Below are positions 61,198 to 64,000 of a DNA stretch of 64,000 bases, piece by piece. The translations under genes and the position numbers were made by a program. The notes below the pieces were generated by a model, which was given only the letters and a program-made list of their open reading frames with translations, searched no databases and was not told the DNA's origin. The DNA is from Stylophora pistillata (taxonomy: Eukaryota), in the NCBI RefSeq assembly GCF_002571385.2, contig NW_019217912.1, positions 319,380 through 383,379 of the forward strand, read 5' to 3'. The first letter of the stretch is position 1; each line of letters opens with the position of its first letter.

Positions 61198-64000
61198 TCG
61201 AGAAGTTATCTTCCTAAAGGATTCTAAATTTTAAGTCATATTGCATAGCATAGGGTACTGTGAATTTACTAGAAAGGTTATCTTGAGAGGACTGCAACGC
61301 CGCGTTAAAATAATTCTAGACGCTAAAGTTCAAGACTGAGTTGAGTGGCGCTTTTTGACCAGACTGGGCAAGGACTTCAGTAACTGATAGCGGTAGACTC
61401 TGTGACTTAGCATGTTTCAAAAATCACTTTTTCTCGATATCCATAGTGTTACAAGTCGTGTACTGATTAAATCCTAAAAAAACAAAGATACTAAACGAGA
61501 GCTTTAGTGTGGACTAACTGATGAAGGCGTCAGAAATTTACAGGTAAGAACTGGTTGTCTATTGAACGATGTTGACACTGATGTGAAGAACATAGATCCT
61601 TTTAGGCGAATAAATATTGTAGTATGAAGCTTCAGCGCATAATGTGTAGTTGATGCATCCAGTGTGGCGTAAAAAAAAAAAAAATTGGGCTAATGGAGCC
61701 GGCGGACAACATTTCGGGGGTTAAAACTTCATAAGTTAAGAAATGTCTCTAATACTCTTGGGGTAGTTTTACAGTAATGTTTCTCTGGTAGGTTAAAAAT
61801 TTCTTTTTTCAGAAGCCGATGAAATATGCACAGTTTGTAACTGTCGTTCTGTTCCTTTTGATGGTGTTAAAAAGTCTTAGATCGTCTGGTTCGGAAAATA
61901 CATGGACATCGAAAAAGTTAATCGCATTTAATTAAGTATCGGAGAAATCATCACTTTCTAGCAGGCCATCCAGATTATTCTATTATCATAGATTAATGAC
62001 GGAAATATTACAGAGTGGAGACTAATTCAATATGTAATCATGTGAGTGACAAAATCGGACGACCGCGAAGCGAGAGCTCGATTTGTTGATTACGAGTTTG
62101 ATTAAAAACCAGATTGGACGAAATCCTGTCACGAAATCCTACTGCCAATTAATCAAGACAATAACAGAAATATTGAGAAATGAACGAGCCATTATTTTTA
62201 CGTTTTCATGAAAAACAACAGTTAAATCGGTAAAATGCGCGACAACAGTGCACGCACACGACGCGTAACCTGTCCCTTTAGTGCTCAAACTGGGCCGATC
62301 ATAACAAATCACGTTGGAGTATTTTGTTATCGTTTTGATTATAACTTTTACTTAACAAAAAGGCGCGGTCAAATATACTGTAGAAATTCCACTAGTCTGT
62401 GTAAGGTTTGGACTGAAAAGTTCCCTTCCCTTCCCACAGTGTTAGCGCCGCGGAGTTTCAAACTGAATAATTTAGAATCATATTGGTTCTTACCACACCG
62501 GCCGTATTTATCGCTTTGATTTAGCTGATAACCACTGGATGTGCTTATAGCAGGCAATCGGACAATTTCAATCAGACAATTCGGTAGCAAATGACATATT
62601 AGCCGGATATGCTGAAAGCCAATTAGTCTTACAATCTAGTCTATTCTACACAATCAAACGACTGTCAAGTATTCGATTGGGAAGTTTTTTTTTTTCCTTT
62701 ATCGTGTGCCATATATTAGCTAACCTAGCTTTTAATCCTAACTGATCAGATTATCGTCACACGTTCAGCTAAACTCAATTTCTTTAAGCGTCTCATTATA
62801 AATTTTGCTCCGCTAACTTCTATACAATAACATTTCAAATCATTCATATTACTTTCATTGGAATATTCCGCAGTAATGAATTATTTCCAGCGAAATTTTT
62901 CTTCGCAGAGAGAGTCATTAAAAAATGATACGCTTATTTATTGCTGCCTGATTTGCGGGTGAGAATTCCCTATGCACCTCCAAAACTTTTACAGTTACAT
63001 CTCTTGGAGGTCCACTTATCCTGCGCAAATACTCCCGACCACCAATCATAATCGCGGCTACGTACCTGTTTTTACTTAAAACAAATCACAGTAAATCTGC
63101 AAAAGGTATCCAGGGGCTCTATTCAGCTATCACTCCTGGATTAGGAGCACATCAAACTATGAGTTTCCTTCGGCATGAGGCCAAACAAACGAAAACCGGG
63201 GTGGATCTCTATCGCGTGACCGTTCTTATCCACGAGCACAGAGGGATCTGCGCTGTTCTAGTGAAGTCAAATTGTGAGTCAAAAAACCCCCTTAGGTTAT
63301 TTTGTTGCATCGTTCTAGTTAAGGTTGAATAGCAATCTAGATAGTCAAGGCTCGCTTTTACTCCCACAACTTTTTCGGAATTCAACTATTCCGTCAGGAA
63401 TGGATATGTCTTTTATCGACTAATTAATAAGCTTACTTACGACGGAAACAAAAAGCAAGGCCCAGTTCACTCTGGTTCGGGAGTGAGCTTTACCGTCAAG
63501 AATAGGTAATATCTTTTACTGCCCAATTAAGCTTACTTTGATCTGCTCGTCTACCGACGGAAGACGCAGTGGGATATTCACAAGCTTCCTTTCTATTCTT
63601 GCAATATCACCACATAACCCCCTTAAATAGCACGGCGTAAAGACCAGTTTGACATTTTCATGTTAAAGGTGTTCTATGCCAAACACTATTTTTTTTTTCT
63701 CTCACGCATGATCATGTCAGGGCTAAAGAATTTTGGCGTCTGACAGAAAGGAAGTCAGATTTATAAATTAAATTTAACCTTTGCCAACGTGACGCACATT
63801 GCTCCAATTAGCCTCCACTGTTTAAGATTAATGAGACAAAACATCTAAAATCAAAACAAAAGAAAACAAACCTATTTTGGAATTTTGACATCTTAGAATA
63901 TTTATCGATAAGCAAGATTCTTTTGCGAAATAGACACTGACAATATTTCGTTTCGTGTGTCTTTTATTGTTAATCGTTTTACGTAAGAAACGTCAAAGGA

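Overview
This is repeat-rich, AT-rich eukaryotic DNA with spliceosomal introns. The repeat families look cnidarian, probably a scleractinian coral, but that is an inference. The main host feature is a + strand gene that I assembled by hand from 19 exons with consistent splice phases (45945-61197, about 1129 aa). It encodes a TRPC-like cation channel with no visible ankyrin repeats, a von Willebrand A (vWA) domain inserted in the pre-S1 region, and a C-terminal SPRY domain followed by a coiled coil. The last three exons of a paralogue lie at 1601-8636, which indicates a tandem cluster. The rest of the window is mobile DNA: two near-identical Penelope-like (GIY-YIG) elements with minimal hammerhead motifs; short hammerhead-carrying repeats, some in inverted pairs; a structurally complete but decayed DIRS element; an AcademH-like RecQ-helicase deletion derivative; and an IS3EU-like foldback element whose ATG is fused in frame to an inserted LINE reverse transcriptase. 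There is also a circularly permuted, tRNA-Thr-containing repeat family with Penelope-like insertion hallmarks, plus piggyBac-, Harbinger- and Merlin-like MITEs, LINE remnants and satellites. N characters at 2302-2312, 29622 and 43550 mark assembly uncertainty. All homology calls come from motif recognition by eye; no database search was run.
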